DNA of 39,954 nucleotides, from sequence record SRR20825019_1579; one strand, 5' to 3'. Position 1 is the stretch's first letter. Each line of letters opens with the position of its first letter. A model generated the notes under the pieces. That model had not been told where the DNA came from. It ran no database searches and saw only the letters and a program-made list of their open reading frames with translations. The position numbers and the translations under genes are program-made. Below are positions 17,374 to 27,438 of this stretch, piece after piece.

Positions 17374-18540
17374 TTAAGTATTTTTTACAAAACTCAATTT
17401 TTTACCATTTATTAACACATTAACAATATCTATTTCTTCTGCAAGTTTTTCTGAAGTATTTATTAGAACATCTAAATCACTGCATTCTAGCTCTTTATGG
17501 GCATAATAATCGTTTAAGTTATCAATTTTAGCGATGTAGGGTCTAAACGTAATTAAGCCACCATCTAATTCTTCACGATATTGAATAGCTATATCTTTTA
17601 TTTCTTCTTTAATAGGTGTATTTCTAAGTATGATATCGTAAAACTTCTTGTCGTTTTGCGGAATGCTCATATAATCCTCTACAGTTTCAGCCTCATAACT
17701 TTTAGTAACAGCACAATATATTAGCTGTAGCAAGGCTGCATAAATGGCTTTCCTGGTATCATTTCTATCATAAGCTTCCAAATGTCCGGCTTCAAATAAA
17801 ATAGTAGGTGTGCCTAGATTTTGAAACGTATCTCCAACACAATTAATATTAAAACCATCATCATAACGCCCTATATGTCCTTTAATTAAATGTGATAATG
17901 TTGTATTCATAGCAGATATATACTGCATAGCCACCTTCCTATTTACTGTAATAGAGCGTTCTATATCTTGTGATGGAGACAAAAAAGATACTGCAGCAGT
18001 TTTAGGTGTAAGATTTACATTATAAATGGTGCGTTGGTCGTGTAAGTTTAAACACAAATGAGGCGTAAATTCCTTATAAACCGCTTTAAGCACTTTACTT
18101 TCTGGCTGAGAGCAATCTTGCGCATCTCTATTTAAATCTATTTCGTTAGCATTAAAGCGCGTATAAGCCTCACAACCATCTGGATTTAACTGTAAAATTA
18201 TTTTTAAGGTGATGCTTTTAAATATCTCCTCAGTTTCTGCAGAGTCTTTATGAGCGTCTATAATTGATAACAGATCTAATACAGCTTTAGTAGTTGTGCT
18301 TTCGTTTCCATGCATTTGAGACCAGCCTAATATTTTATAAGAACCAGTTCCTAATGTTATAGAATGAATTGGTTTTCCTAAAACAGAGTGACCTTCTAAC
18401 GACACTTTTCCAATTGTTGAAAAGCGTTTTAAAGCTGTATTAATTTCATAAGGATGTATATAACGACCCATTATAGGCTTATAAAAATGATCGTTGTAAG
18501 ACTTCCAAAATAGATGCTGATATATTGTATTATTTTCCAC
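17374..18540 (-). CDS. M14 family zinc carboxypeptidase
   Basis: SQMHGNE, LNPDG, DLNRD, NLHDQ, LFEAGH. Start placed at GTG 18540, just downstream of TACATTTG (18545-18552). Confidence 0.88.
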   Translation of the reverse strand: MENNTIYQHLFWKSYNDHFYKPIMGRYIHPYEINTALKRFSTIGKVSLEGHSVLGKPIHSITLGTGSYKILGWSQMHGNESTTTKAVLDLLSIIDAHKDSAETEEIFKSITLKIILQLNPDGCEAYTRFNANEIDLNRDAQDCSQPESKVLKAVYKEFTPHLCLNLHDQRTIYNVNLTPKTAAVSFLSPSQDIERSITVNRKVAMQYISAMNTTLSHLIKGHIGRYDDGFNINCVGDTFQNLGTPTILFEAGHLEAYDRNDTRKAIYAALLQLIYCAVTKSYEAETVEDYMSIPQNDKKFYDIILRNTPIKEEIKDIAIQYREELDGGLITFRPYIAKIDNLNDYYAHKELECSDLDVLINTSEKLAEEIDIVNVLINGKKLSFVKNT

Positions 18541-18826
18541 GTTACAAATGTAAACAATGTCTAATTTACATTTGTATACAGGCAAAATATTAATTTAGTT
18601 TAATTATGTAAACACAGAGAAGGTCGTGATTCTACTATAATTGAGAAATTAACAATGATATGTATTTAATACACTTTAAATATTGTAATTCAATTAGTTA
18701 CATATACTTATATCAACCTTTAATTCAATATAATTGACGTTATTATAGCTTGATTTTGGTTATATCTGTCAATTAGTTTACATTTGTAATGTATATATTT
18801 TAAAACTTAAGTTTACAATGGTAAAC
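18540..18826. promoter_or_regulatory. Divergent control region with five GTTTAC-N4-GTAAAC palindromes
   Basis: Copies at 18540-18555, 18564-18579, 18598-18613, 18776-18791 and 18811-18826 (0-2 mismatches); -7 elements at 18545-18552 (-) and 18779-18786 (+). Confidence 0.7.
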
Positions 18827-19261
18827 AGTACTGAATTTACGAAACGACTCGAAAAAATCTTTGAGTATTACGATCTAAGTGCCTCTTCTTTTGCAGATAA
18901 AATTGAAGTTGGACGCTCTTCTATTTCTCATATTGTTTCCGGAAGAAACAAACCGAGTTTAGATTTTGTAATGAAAGTTGTATCTACTTTTGATGAAGTA
19001 GATTTATACTGGTTATTAAATGGTAAAGGAACATTCCCAAAATCAGATACAACAGTTCAATCTTCTACACCACCAAGACCACAATCTTCATTTAGTGATT
19101 TTGACGCATTACCTACACAGGATTTATTTTCTGATCCCGAACACCATTCAAATGCAATTGAAAATCACATTACTCCAAAACCTAGTAATATAAAGAGTAA
19201 CGCTATTGCTAAGATAATTGTCTTATATACTGACGGAAGTTTTGAGGCTTTTGAAAATTAA
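18818..19261 (+). CDS. XRE/Cro-C1 family helix-turn-helix transcriptional regulator
   Basis: SASSFADKIEVGRSSISHIVSGRNKPSLDF, WLLNGKG, low-complexity linker, C-terminal KIIVLYTDGSF motif. Confidence 0.9.
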   Translation: MVNSTEFTKRLEKIFEYYDLSASSFADKIEVGRSSISHIVSGRNKPSLDFVMKVVSTFDEVDLYWLLNGKGTFPKSDTTVQSSTPPRPQSSFSDFDALPTQDLFSDPEHHSNAIENHITPKPSNIKSNAIAKIIVLYTDGSFEAFEN

Positions 19262-19288
19262 TGCTTTATTTTTGCAAAAAAAGATCCT

Positions 19289-19663
19289 ATGAAGCGTTTT
19301 GCAGCCCTTTTAATCTGTTTAATACTTACATCTTGTTATGCTCCAGAACGTGACTGTAAAGCATTTAAAACTGGTACTTTTGAATTTGAAAGTTTTTTAA
19401 ATGGCGAATTAGTGACCTCGCGTTTTATTAGAAATGATTCTATTGAAATTGATATGTTTCAAGGTAAAAGTGATACTGCTTCTGTACGTTGGGTAAACGA
19501 CTGTGAATATATACTCACCAATCTTAACCCCAAAAATATGGCTGAAGAAAAGCCATTACAAATTAGAATTATCACCACAGAAAAAGATTCCTATACATTT
19601 GAATATTCATTAGTAGGATCTCCAGAAAAGCAGCGTGGTACTGTTACAAGAGTTAAAGAGTAA
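19289..19663 (+). CDS. Hypothetical lipoprotein
   Basis: Lipobox LTSC; CKAFKTGTF and VRWVNDCEY motifs. Confidence 0.75.
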   Translation: MKRFAALLICLILTSCYAPERDCKAFKTGTFEFESFLNGELVTSRFIRNDSIEIDMFQGKSDTASVRWVNDCEYILTNLNPKNMAEEKPLQIRIITTEKDSYTFEYSLVGSPEKQRGTVTRVKE

Positions 19664-19671
19664 TTAATAGA

Positions 19672-20211
19672 CTAAGTACAATACTTTCTTAAAAGCTTTT
19701 GCTCTAAGCCTAAAGTTTTTCCTAAAAATGCCAATACTGTTATTCCTGAATTTTGAACACCTCTTGGTATATTAGGTACATACGTATCCATTTTTTGTAA
19801 TGCAATTGCCATTAACAATATATTTTTAGGAAGTCCATTTTTATAAACCTTACCATCTTCTGCTAGGCCATACATAATTTGTAAGCCTTCTCTTAATTTT
19901 CCAGGTGTATTTACGATTACTTTAAACACAACTGTCTTATTCGTAGGATTATAAAACTGATGTTTTGTAAATGGAGAAATTTGCCTGGTCTCATTCTCCT
20001 TTAAAAGAAAGGGCTTATTATTTATAAATACCTGTAACTCTCCAGAAATAACCTTAAATACTTCTGTAATCTTGGTGTGGTAATGCTTTTGTGTTTGCCC
20101 ACTTTGCGGCAATAACGTTGTTTTAAATACTAAGGATTCTTCAGATTCAGAAAGAATTTCAATTTCATCATTTAATATAGGGTTAGAGAAAGTAACATTT
20201 TGTTTAGCCAT
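19672..20211 (-). CDS. Cupin domain protein
   Basis: HYHTKITEVFKVISGEL...PFTKHQFYN cupin metal motifs. Confidence 0.85.
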   Translation of the reverse strand: MAKQNVTFSNPILNDEIEILSESEESLVFKTTLLPQSGQTQKHYHTKITEVFKVISGELQVFINNKPFLLKENETRQISPFTKHQFYNPTNKTVVFKVIVNTPGKLREGLQIMYGLAEDGKVYKNGLPKNILLMAIALQKMDTYVPNIPRGVQNSGITVLAFLGKTLGLEQKLLRKYCT

Positions 20212-20235
20212 TAGTTGTGTGCTGTCTATTAAACG

Positions 20236-21405
20236 TTAATTCTCTTCAATGTTAATAATCTGCTCTATCCAACTTGTTGTATTGCTAAGTTTAACATCTG
20301 GTGTTAGCCCTTTAGTTTCATATTGCGCATATGCTTTATTATTGTGTTTTGTAGAAAGTGTAATATTATAATCCATACAAGAGGTTGTTGTTTTATAAGC
20401 TTTGTTTCCATATCCATAAGCTAACATACCTCTTGAGTTCTCTCCTACAAGTTTAGTGCGATTGTCTTCTAATAACTCTAATACAGCAAGTTCTGCCGCG
20501 CTTGAAGTTTTAAAATTTATAACAACATATATCGTTTTTAAGCTAGAGTTTCGTTTTACATATTTTATTAAAGGTTTGGCTTGCTTTAATGAGCCTCCAC
20601 CATTATTCCTTAAATCGATAATCAGGTTTTCTTTTTCTAATTTTTGTAAAGTTTCATCATAAAATTTATCAGCTTCTTTCATTAAAGCTTTTGTTCTAGA
20701 TAATGTCTTTATACCAACATAATCAAATGAAGGGTTTAGAGATGTATAGTTGAAATTCTCGGCGTGATTTTTATTAAAAAAATAATTATCCTCTTTATTC
20801 CAAAATGTTGATTGAATACGGCCTTCACTTATAGAAATAGTCTTCTGATAAAAAAGTAGACCATTTTTATAAAATTCAAATATTTCAAAAGTTTTTGGTG
20901 AAGTCTTTTTTATTCTTAACCTAATTTTTCCTTTGGTCCACGCTTTAGAATTTGAATCTAACGTAATACCTAACCATTCATCTTCTGCGCTTTTTTTAAC
21001 CAAAATCTTATCACTTCCTGCAAAGTAAATTCCTGAAATACTGTCTGAAGTCGTTAAAGTAGTATCTATATTTTTAGAATAGCTTGGTATATTTACTGGT
21101 ATATCTTCAGGTATCCAATAAATTTCGTTATGTCGGTCTTTAATAAATGATATGTATTTCTGGATATAGCCTACACAAAAAAACGTGCTTAATGAATCAT
21201 TTTTAATTTCTTCCTTTATTTGTTCTCGCCATTCTTGTAACTCTATTCTTAAATTAGCTGTAGTTACTTGATCTTTATAGCTTTTAGAGGATTTTATAAC
21301 CTCAGACACTTCATTTAGTGCTGTCATACAATTACAGTCCTTTTCTTGGCTATAAGCAGTAGTTAATAGTAATGCAAAAGCCCATATGAAATTGTAATTG
21401 TACAT
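20236..21405 (-). CDS. Secreted S41 family peptidase
   Basis: Signal peptide, LIIDLRNNGGG, TSSAAE, VGENSRG, GLTPDV. Confidence 0.85.
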   Translation of the reverse strand: MYNYNFIWAFALLLTTAYSQEKDCNCMTALNEVSEVIKSSKSYKDQVTTANLRIELQEWREQIKEEIKNDSLSTFFCVGYIQKYISFIKDRHNEIYWIPEDIPVNIPSYSKNIDTTLTTSDSISGIYFAGSDKILVKKSAEDEWLGITLDSNSKAWTKGKIRLRIKKTSPKTFEIFEFYKNGLLFYQKTISISEGRIQSTFWNKEDNYFFNKNHAENFNYTSLNPSFDYVGIKTLSRTKALMKEADKFYDETLQKLEKENLIIDLRNNGGGSLKQAKPLIKYVKRNSSLKTIYVVINFKTSSAAELAVLELLEDNRTKLVGENSRGMLAYGYGNKAYKTTTSCMDYNITLSTKHNNKAYAQYETKGLTPDVKLSNTTSWIEQIINIEEN

Positions 21406-21448
21406 AATCTGTTTTTAGTTAATAGCTATCATTTTTATTTAAGAGAAT

Positions 21449-22354
21449 TCACTTTAATTCGTTATCCTTTGCCTGTTGTGCTTTACGTTCTGCGTAGGCA
21501 TATCCTTGTTTCCACCAACTACGCATGAGCTTCTTATTAAATATCAATGAGTTTTCAGTTAGTTTAGATGGTGTGTAATATAAGTTTAGTGTTACTTCCT
21601 TATTTATAGCTGCTAGTTTTCCTTCTACAATATTGTGTCTTTCGGTTTGGTCCATCATAAAACTAAAAAGGCCAACCATAAGTGAAAACGGATTTTTACC
21701 TAATATTTTATTGTGTTCCATATTCTCACTCTCTAAAATAATAGCATCAATTTCTGTTGCGCCTCTTCTTATTGCTTCACGTATAGGAATTAAGCAACCA
21801 AAACCACCATCTGCATACTCAAATCCGTCTTTTTCAACCAGACTCATAAATGGTACGTAGTTGCAGGAAATCCATATCCATTCACAAAAATCATCATAGG
21901 TACATTCTTGAATACTCTTATATTCTACCTTGTTTTTAGTAAGGTTAGATACTGTTACTACAATATCTTTAGCGTTTGTTCGGGCTTTTTGAAATTCGGC
22001 TTCAGAAAAATTCTTACGTATAAGTTGTCTTAGGTTTTTACTTTCTCCAAACGTGCGTTTACGTTTTATAAACTGTAATAAAGAATTGACATAGTTTATA
22101 GAGACAAACTCTCTATTATCCTTGCGTTTAACACGAAACGGATTTAAACTAAAAATAGAGTTCTGATTAACATTGGTGTATATATTATACAACTTATTTA
22201 GATTGCCCAATGCTAAGTGTGGTAACAGTAAACTTCCTGTTGAACTTCCTAGAAACAAATCATACTTTGTATGTTGATGCCTAATAAGGTAATGCGCAAC
22301 GCCACCAGCATAAGCACCTTTACTACCACCACCAGAAATTACTAATGCTCTCAT
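21449..22354 (-). CDS. Patatin-like phospholipase
   Basis: ISGGGSKG, GSSTG, ADGG. Confidence 0.93.
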   Translation of the reverse strand: MRALVISGGGSKGAYAGGVAHYLIRHQHTKYDLFLGSSTGSLLLPHLALGNLNKLYNIYTNVNQNSIFSLNPFRVKRKDNREFVSINYVNSLLQFIKRKRTFGESKNLRQLIRKNFSEAEFQKARTNAKDIVVTVSNLTKNKVEYKSIQECTYDDFCEWIWISCNYVPFMSLVEKDGFEYADGGFGCLIPIREAIRRGATEIDAIILESENMEHNKILGKNPFSLMVGLFSFMMDQTERHNIVEGKLAAINKEVTLNLYYTPSKLTENSLIFNKKLMRSWWKQGYAYAERKAQQAKDNELK

Positions 22355-24420
22355 TATAAAATAGTATCTAAAAATGCATTTTCTTCTTTTGTAAACGTTG
22401 CTTTAAGTTGTAGTATACGTTTTTTGTAATCTGGCTTTTTTATAAGTTCTTTTAAAAGTTCTCGTGAAAACTTTTTAAATCGCCAAACGTGATGTGTTGT
22501 AGCATCAACCAAGTTCATTAAACTTTCGTCTGAAAAGGCTTCAATTTGGTATAGGTAATTAAATGCTAGTTCTCTAATCTGGTAGCTATACTTAGTATTG
22601 GTATACGTTGTTAATTTCTGAAATGTTTCAGATTTATTTGTAGGCTCATAGTTTTGAGTTGCCAAGTTTAAGGTAAGCCAAAGTAGCTCTACGTTATGAT
22701 CTGAAAAGCCTTTAATTCCTTTTAACTGTTCAAGGTAAGTAACACGTTTATTTGGAAATTGGCTCCAAAGGGCATACAAAGCAAGTTCTTTAGTTTGGTA
22801 AGAATCATCTTGTAAAAGTGACTCAAATTCAGACTGCAATGCCTTAGGTATTTCCTTTACATTAGCAACAATAGCCTGTCTTATAAGATGATTATTAGTG
22901 TTGAATGCCATACGCATTAGAGACAAAGCTTCTTTATTCGGTTCGTTTGCTAATTGGTATACTATTTCTTGCCCTATATAAGTATTTACTTTTGGTGCAG
23001 AAAGTTCTTTAAAAAACAAATCTGCCTTATCTTCTAATGGGGTTTCTCTTAATGCAGAAATTTTAAAATAGTGCTGCATAAATTCAGATGTTTTTAAACT
23101 GTTCAAGGCAGCTTCTGCTTTAAAAGCAGATTGTTCTAACCAGTTGGCTTTAAAAGTGCTCAACTCTTTTCCTGAGGCTTGTTCTATTGCAGCTAAGAAG
23201 TCATCTACTGTAACATTCTTATACGCGTAAGTGTTTAAATAGTGCTTCACTCCTATTTTAAATGCTAAATCTCCAACGTCTTCCCTCAACATATGTAATG
23301 CCCAAGCGCCTTTCTCATAAAAAGTTAATGAGCTTGCCTTAGGGTTTGTTAAAGCTTCTCCTTTGCCACTATCACTTAGTTCTTTAAGCCGTTCTGCACT
23401 CTCATAAAGTTTCCAATAGTAATAATCTTCTCCAAAAACCTCTCGTTCAGCCAACAGTGCATAATAGGTTGCAAAGCCTTCGTGAAGCCAATGGTGTGCA
23501 CTACTTTTCTCGGTAACTAAATCGCCAAACCATTGATGCGCTAACTCGTGAGCATTTACATTTACATAATTGCGGTCTATAAATCCGATGTCGTCGGTTA
23601 CAAAAGCATCGCTAAAAATGGTTAAGCTTGTGTTTTCCATTCCTGCATATAGAAAATCTTTAACATACACTTGTTTATAATTTTGCCAAGGGTACGGTAC
23701 ACCTATTTCAGACTCTAAAAAATTAAAAATAGTTGAAGTATGACGGTAAGTTGCCTCAAACTCCTCAGTATCTTTAGGCTCAAAATATAGCTGAATTGGA
23801 ATACCACTAGCGCTTGTAAGAGATTTGTGATCATAATGTCCAGCAGCTAATGCCACCAAATAACTAGACATGGGTTGCTTCATGTCATAATACCACGTCT
23901 TTTTAGTTTTAGTGCTACTAACAGAATCTAAAACACCACTTGCCATTACATTGAGATGTTGTGGAGCTGTTATCGTAAGGTCAAACTCTATTTTATCTGT
24001 CATATCATCTATACTCGGTAACCAGTGCGACGTATATTTACCTTGGCCTTGAGTAAAAACTTGATGTTCATTTAGGTCGTTTACAAAATAAAGGGTTTGC
24101 TTTGGAGAAGTTGTGTAAGTAATATTGAAGCTATATTCTGAAGGTTTGAATCCTCCTCTAATAATCAACTTTCCGTTATCTGTTATAAACTGAAGCGTAT
24201 CATTTCCAGAAACAACACTTTCAATAGTTTCAATTTTTGAATCTAAATATAACTCATTGGTTTGTTGAAGTATATCTACTATAACTTCAACTTTAGATTT
24301 AATTGATTTTGATTCAGGCAGCAATTCAATTTCAGCTGCTATTCTCTTAACATCTTGGGTTTGTGCTAATAAAGGCCATTGTAAAATTGAACAAAAAAAT
24401 ATAAATAATAGGTATTTCAT
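22354..24420 (-). CDS. M1 family aminopeptidase
   Basis: AGMEN, HELAHQWFG...WLHEGFATY, YEKGAW; signal peptide. Confidence 0.95.
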   Translation of the reverse strand: MKYLLFIFFCSILQWPLLAQTQDVKRIAAEIELLPESKSIKSKVEVIVDILQQTNELYLDSKIETIESVVSGNDTLQFITDNGKLIIRGGFKPSEYSFNITYTTSPKQTLYFVNDLNEHQVFTQGQGKYTSHWLPSIDDMTDKIEFDLTITAPQHLNVMASGVLDSVSSTKTKKTWYYDMKQPMSSYLVALAAGHYDHKSLTSASGIPIQLYFEPKDTEEFEATYRHTSTIFNFLESEIGVPYPWQNYKQVYVKDFLYAGMENTSLTIFSDAFVTDDIGFIDRNYVNVNAHELAHQWFGDLVTEKSSAHHWLHEGFATYYALLAEREVFGEDYYYWKLYESAERLKELSDSGKGEALTNPKASSLTFYEKGAWALHMLREDVGDLAFKIGVKHYLNTYAYKNVTVDDFLAAIEQASGKELSTFKANWLEQSAFKAEAALNSLKTSEFMQHYFKISALRETPLEDKADLFFKELSAPKVNTYIGQEIVYQLANEPNKEALSLMRMAFNTNNHLIRQAIVANVKEIPKALQSEFESLLQDDSYQTKELALYALWSQFPNKRVTYLEQLKGIKGFSDHNVELLWLTLNLATQNYEPTNKSETFQKLTTYTNTKYSYQIRELAFNYLYQIEAFSDESLMNLVDATTHHVWRFKKFSRELLKELIKKPDYKKRILQLKATFTKEENAFLDTIL

Positions 24421-24602
24421 AAACGGAGAACCTCAAACAAGAGATTAATATTTTAAATTATTTCTTAATTAATATTACTTCAAAAAATAGGGTTTCAAAC
24501 TTTATCTTAAAACGATTTTTTTAATAATAAATTACAGAAATTGTATACTACAAATCTAGCAAATCAAATCTCAATTACACTTAATTCTGTAATTTAGCGG
24601 CA

Positions 24603-26705
24603 ATGAGCAGTCTTCTACAAACTCCCATAGATTATTTAAAAGGTGTTGGTACCAATCGTGCAGATTTACTCCGCACAGAATTAGACATACACACCTTTCA
24701 AGATTTGCTCAATTTCTTTCCGTTTAGATATATAGATAAGACTAAGTATTATAAGATAAGTGAGCTGCAACGCAATTCTGCAGACGTTCAAGTTATAGGG
24801 AAGATTACACACATAAAAACTGTAGAGCAAAAACGCGGAAAACGTTTAGTGGCAGATTTTATAGATGATACCGGTAAAATGGAATTGGTCTGGTTTAGAG
24901 GTCATAAATGGATTAAGGAAAACCTTAAATTAAACACAGCATATGTAATTTACGGAAAAGTAAACCATTACAACGGAACGTTTTCTATGCCTCATCCAGA
25001 AATGGAACTTTATGCTACTCATAAAGAAGAGGTTAAGGTAGCTATGCAACCTGTTTATTCATCTACCGAAAAGCTAACCAACAAAGGCATTACCCAACGC
25101 TTTATGGGCAAAATGATGCAACAGGTTTTTATACAAACTGGAGCAACTTATGAGGAAACGCTTGCCTCACCTTTAAGAGAGGAACTAAAATTAATTAGCA
25201 AGACTCAAGCGTTACGAAACATACACTTTCCTAAAAATTCAGAATTACTAGCCAAGGCACAATTTAGGTTAAAATTTGAAGAGCTATTTTATATACAGCT
25301 ACAAATGCTTTCTGAGAACTTACAACGTAAGCAACGCTTAAAAGGCTTTCCATTTGATCAAGTTGGTGAGGTTTTTAACAACTTTTACGAGAATCACTTA
25401 CCATTTGAGTTAACCAATGCCCAAAAGCGCGTAATTAAAGAAATTAGAAATGATTTAGGCAGTAGCGCCCAAATGAATAGACTATTACAAGGTGATGTGG
25501 GTTCGGGAAAGACCATTGTAGCCCTAATGTGTGTTTTGTTAGCTATCGATAACAATTTTCAGGCGGTCCTTATGGCACCTACTGAGATTTTAGCGCAACA
25601 ACATTATCAAGGTATAAAAGACCTTGTGGCTCACTTAGATATTAAAGTTAATTTACTAACAGGCTCAGTTAAAAAGAGTGATCGTACCTTAATTCATGAA
25701 GCTCTTGAAGACGGCACACTTAATTTACTAATTGGCACACATGCAGTTTTAGAAGACAAGGTGCAGTTTAAAAATTTAGGATTAGCAATTATTGATGAAC
25801 AACATAGATTTGGAGTGGCACAACGTTCTAAATTATGGCGTAAGAATACCATACCACCACATATTTTAGTGATGACAGCTACTCCAATACCACGTACTCT
25901 AGCTATGAGCGTGTATGGCGATTTAGACATAAGTGTAATCGATGAGTTGCCACCTGGACGAAAAGCCATTAAAACTGTACATAGGTTTGATAGCCATAGA
26001 CTACGTGTCTTTAGGTTTATACGTGATGAAATTGAAAAAGGCAGACAGGTTTATGTTGTATATCCATTAATACAGGAAAGTGAAGTATTGGATTACAAAG
26101 ATTTAATGGATGGTTACGAAAGTATTGTGAGAGATTTTCCTCAGCCAGAGTATCAGGTTTCTATTGTTCACGGCCAAATGAAGCCTGCAGATAAAGATTA
26201 TGAAATGCAACGCTTTGTAGAAGGTAAAACTCATATTATGGTTGCAACCACGGTTATTGAAGTTGGTGTTAACGTTCCTAATGCATCTGTTATGATAATT
26301 GAAAGTGCTGAGCGTTTTGGGTTATCCCAACTACACCAATTGCGCGGTCGTGTTGGTCGTGGTGCAGAACAAAGTTTTTGTATTCTTATGACCGGTCATA
26401 AACTTAGTGATGATAGTAAAACTCGCCTAGAAACTATGACGCGTACTAACGATGGTTTTGAAATAGCCGAAGTAGATTTAAAACTTCGCGGTCCTGGCGA
26501 TATGATGGGTACGCAACAAAGTGGTGTTTTAAACCTTAAGATAGCAGATATAGTTAAGGATAATAATATTTTAAAACTAGCAAGAAGTTATGCCTATGCA
26601 ATCTTAAAAGAAGATCCTAGCTTAAGTGATGACAGTAATGCTATTTATCGTAAATTTTATAAGCTGTTAGGCAAAGACAAAACCATTTGGAAATATATTT
26701 CTTAA
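24603..26705 (+). CDS. recG: ATP-dependent DNA helicase RecG
   Basis: QGDVGSGKT, DEQHRFG, TATPIPRTL, QLHQLRGRVGRG. Confidence 0.98.
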   Translation: MSSLLQTPIDYLKGVGTNRADLLRTELDIHTFQDLLNFFPFRYIDKTKYYKISELQRNSADVQVIGKITHIKTVEQKRGKRLVADFIDDTGKMELVWFRGHKWIKENLKLNTAYVIYGKVNHYNGTFSMPHPEMELYATHKEEVKVAMQPVYSSTEKLTNKGITQRFMGKMMQQVFIQTGATYEETLASPLREELKLISKTQALRNIHFPKNSELLAKAQFRLKFEELFYIQLQMLSENLQRKQRLKGFPFDQVGEVFNNFYENHLPFELTNAQKRVIKEIRNDLGSSAQMNRLLQGDVGSGKTIVALMCVLLAIDNNFQAVLMAPTEILAQQHYQGIKDLVAHLDIKVNLLTGSVKKSDRTLIHEALEDGTLNLLIGTHAVLEDKVQFKNLGLAIIDEQHRFGVAQRSKLWRKNTIPPHILVMTATPIPRTLAMSVYGDLDISVIDELPPGRKAIKTVHRFDSHRLRVFRFIRDEIEKGRQVYVVYPLIQESEVLDYKDLMDGYESIVRDFPQPEYQVSIVHGQMKPADKDYEMQRFVEGKTHIMVATTVIEVGVNVPNASVMIIESAERFGLSQLHQLRGRVGRGAEQSFCILMTGHKLSDDSKTRLETMTRTNDGFEIAEVDLKLRGPGDMMGTQQSGVLNLKIADIVKDNNILKLARSYAYAILKEDPSLSDDSNAIYRKFYKLLGKDKTIWKYIS

Positions 26706-27373
26706 GAGAGCTGTTTCACCAATTCTTTTAATGAAGTGCAACTTAACGTAGGCTTTTTACCTAATGGATAAATAGATTTTTTTTCTCTTTCAATAAAAGC
26801 CGTTTGTAATCCTGCTTGTTGTGCACCAATAATATCCCAACCGTGTGCAGCTACTAACATTGCTTGTTCTGCGGAAACATTTAAAGAGTTTAAAACATAT
26901 TTATATGTGTTGGCGTGTGGTTTATAAACTTTTACAGCACTAACACTAAATAAAGCATTAAAATATGCAGAGAGCTCTGCGTTTTCAATTTGTTGTTCCA
27001 AAGCATCTTTACTACCGTTAGTTAATGCTACCAACATAAATCCTTTAGTTTTTAGCGCCTGCAATGCTTCTACAACATCTGCGTGAGGTTTTAAATTAAG
27101 GATATGGTTTAATATTGTTTTAGTTTCAGCTTCAGATAGATGAACGTTAAAATGAGCTTCAACCATTTTTAATACTGCTTTACCGATAGCACCAAAATCG
27201 TTATAGGTTTCTTGTATTGTTTCAGCAAAAGAATACATTAATAGTTTATGAAACCAAATTTGGAATGCGGCTTCGTTTCCAAATGCATTATTCATAGCTC
27301 TTTCCATTAAAGAAAGGTCTAGAAGTGTTTCATTTACATCAAAAATGAGAAGTTTAGGTGTGTTTTTCATCAT
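26702..27373 (-). CDS. Haloacid dehalogenase type II
   Basis: FDVNETLLD, LTNG, YKP, LVAAHGWDI. Confidence 0.9.
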   Translation of the reverse strand: MMKNTPKLLIFDVNETLLDLSLMERAMNNAFGNEAAFQIWFHKLLMYSFAETIQETYNDFGAIGKAVLKMVEAHFNVHLSEAETKTILNHILNLKPHADVVEALQALKTKGFMLVALTNGSKDALEQQIENAELSAYFNALFSVSAVKVYKPHANTYKYVLNSLNVSAEQAMLVAAHGWDIIGAQQAGLQTAFIEREKKSIYPLGKKPTLSCTSLKELVKQLS

Positions 27374-27438
27374 TATTATTAAAACTATAAATCCAAGCTG
27401 TTACACTTGGATCTATAAAATTTATATTAAAGTTTATA

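Noticed and set aside
18777-18806. dif-like string TAATGTATATATTTTAAAAC
   Set aside because: The core resembles E. coli dif, but the XerD arm matches only about 6 of 11 positions. It is better explained by the promoter/operator region.
27386-27417. Hairpin between the aldehyde dehydrogenase and dehalogenase genes
   Set aside because: AT-rich stem with a weak U-tract; not enough to call a terminator.
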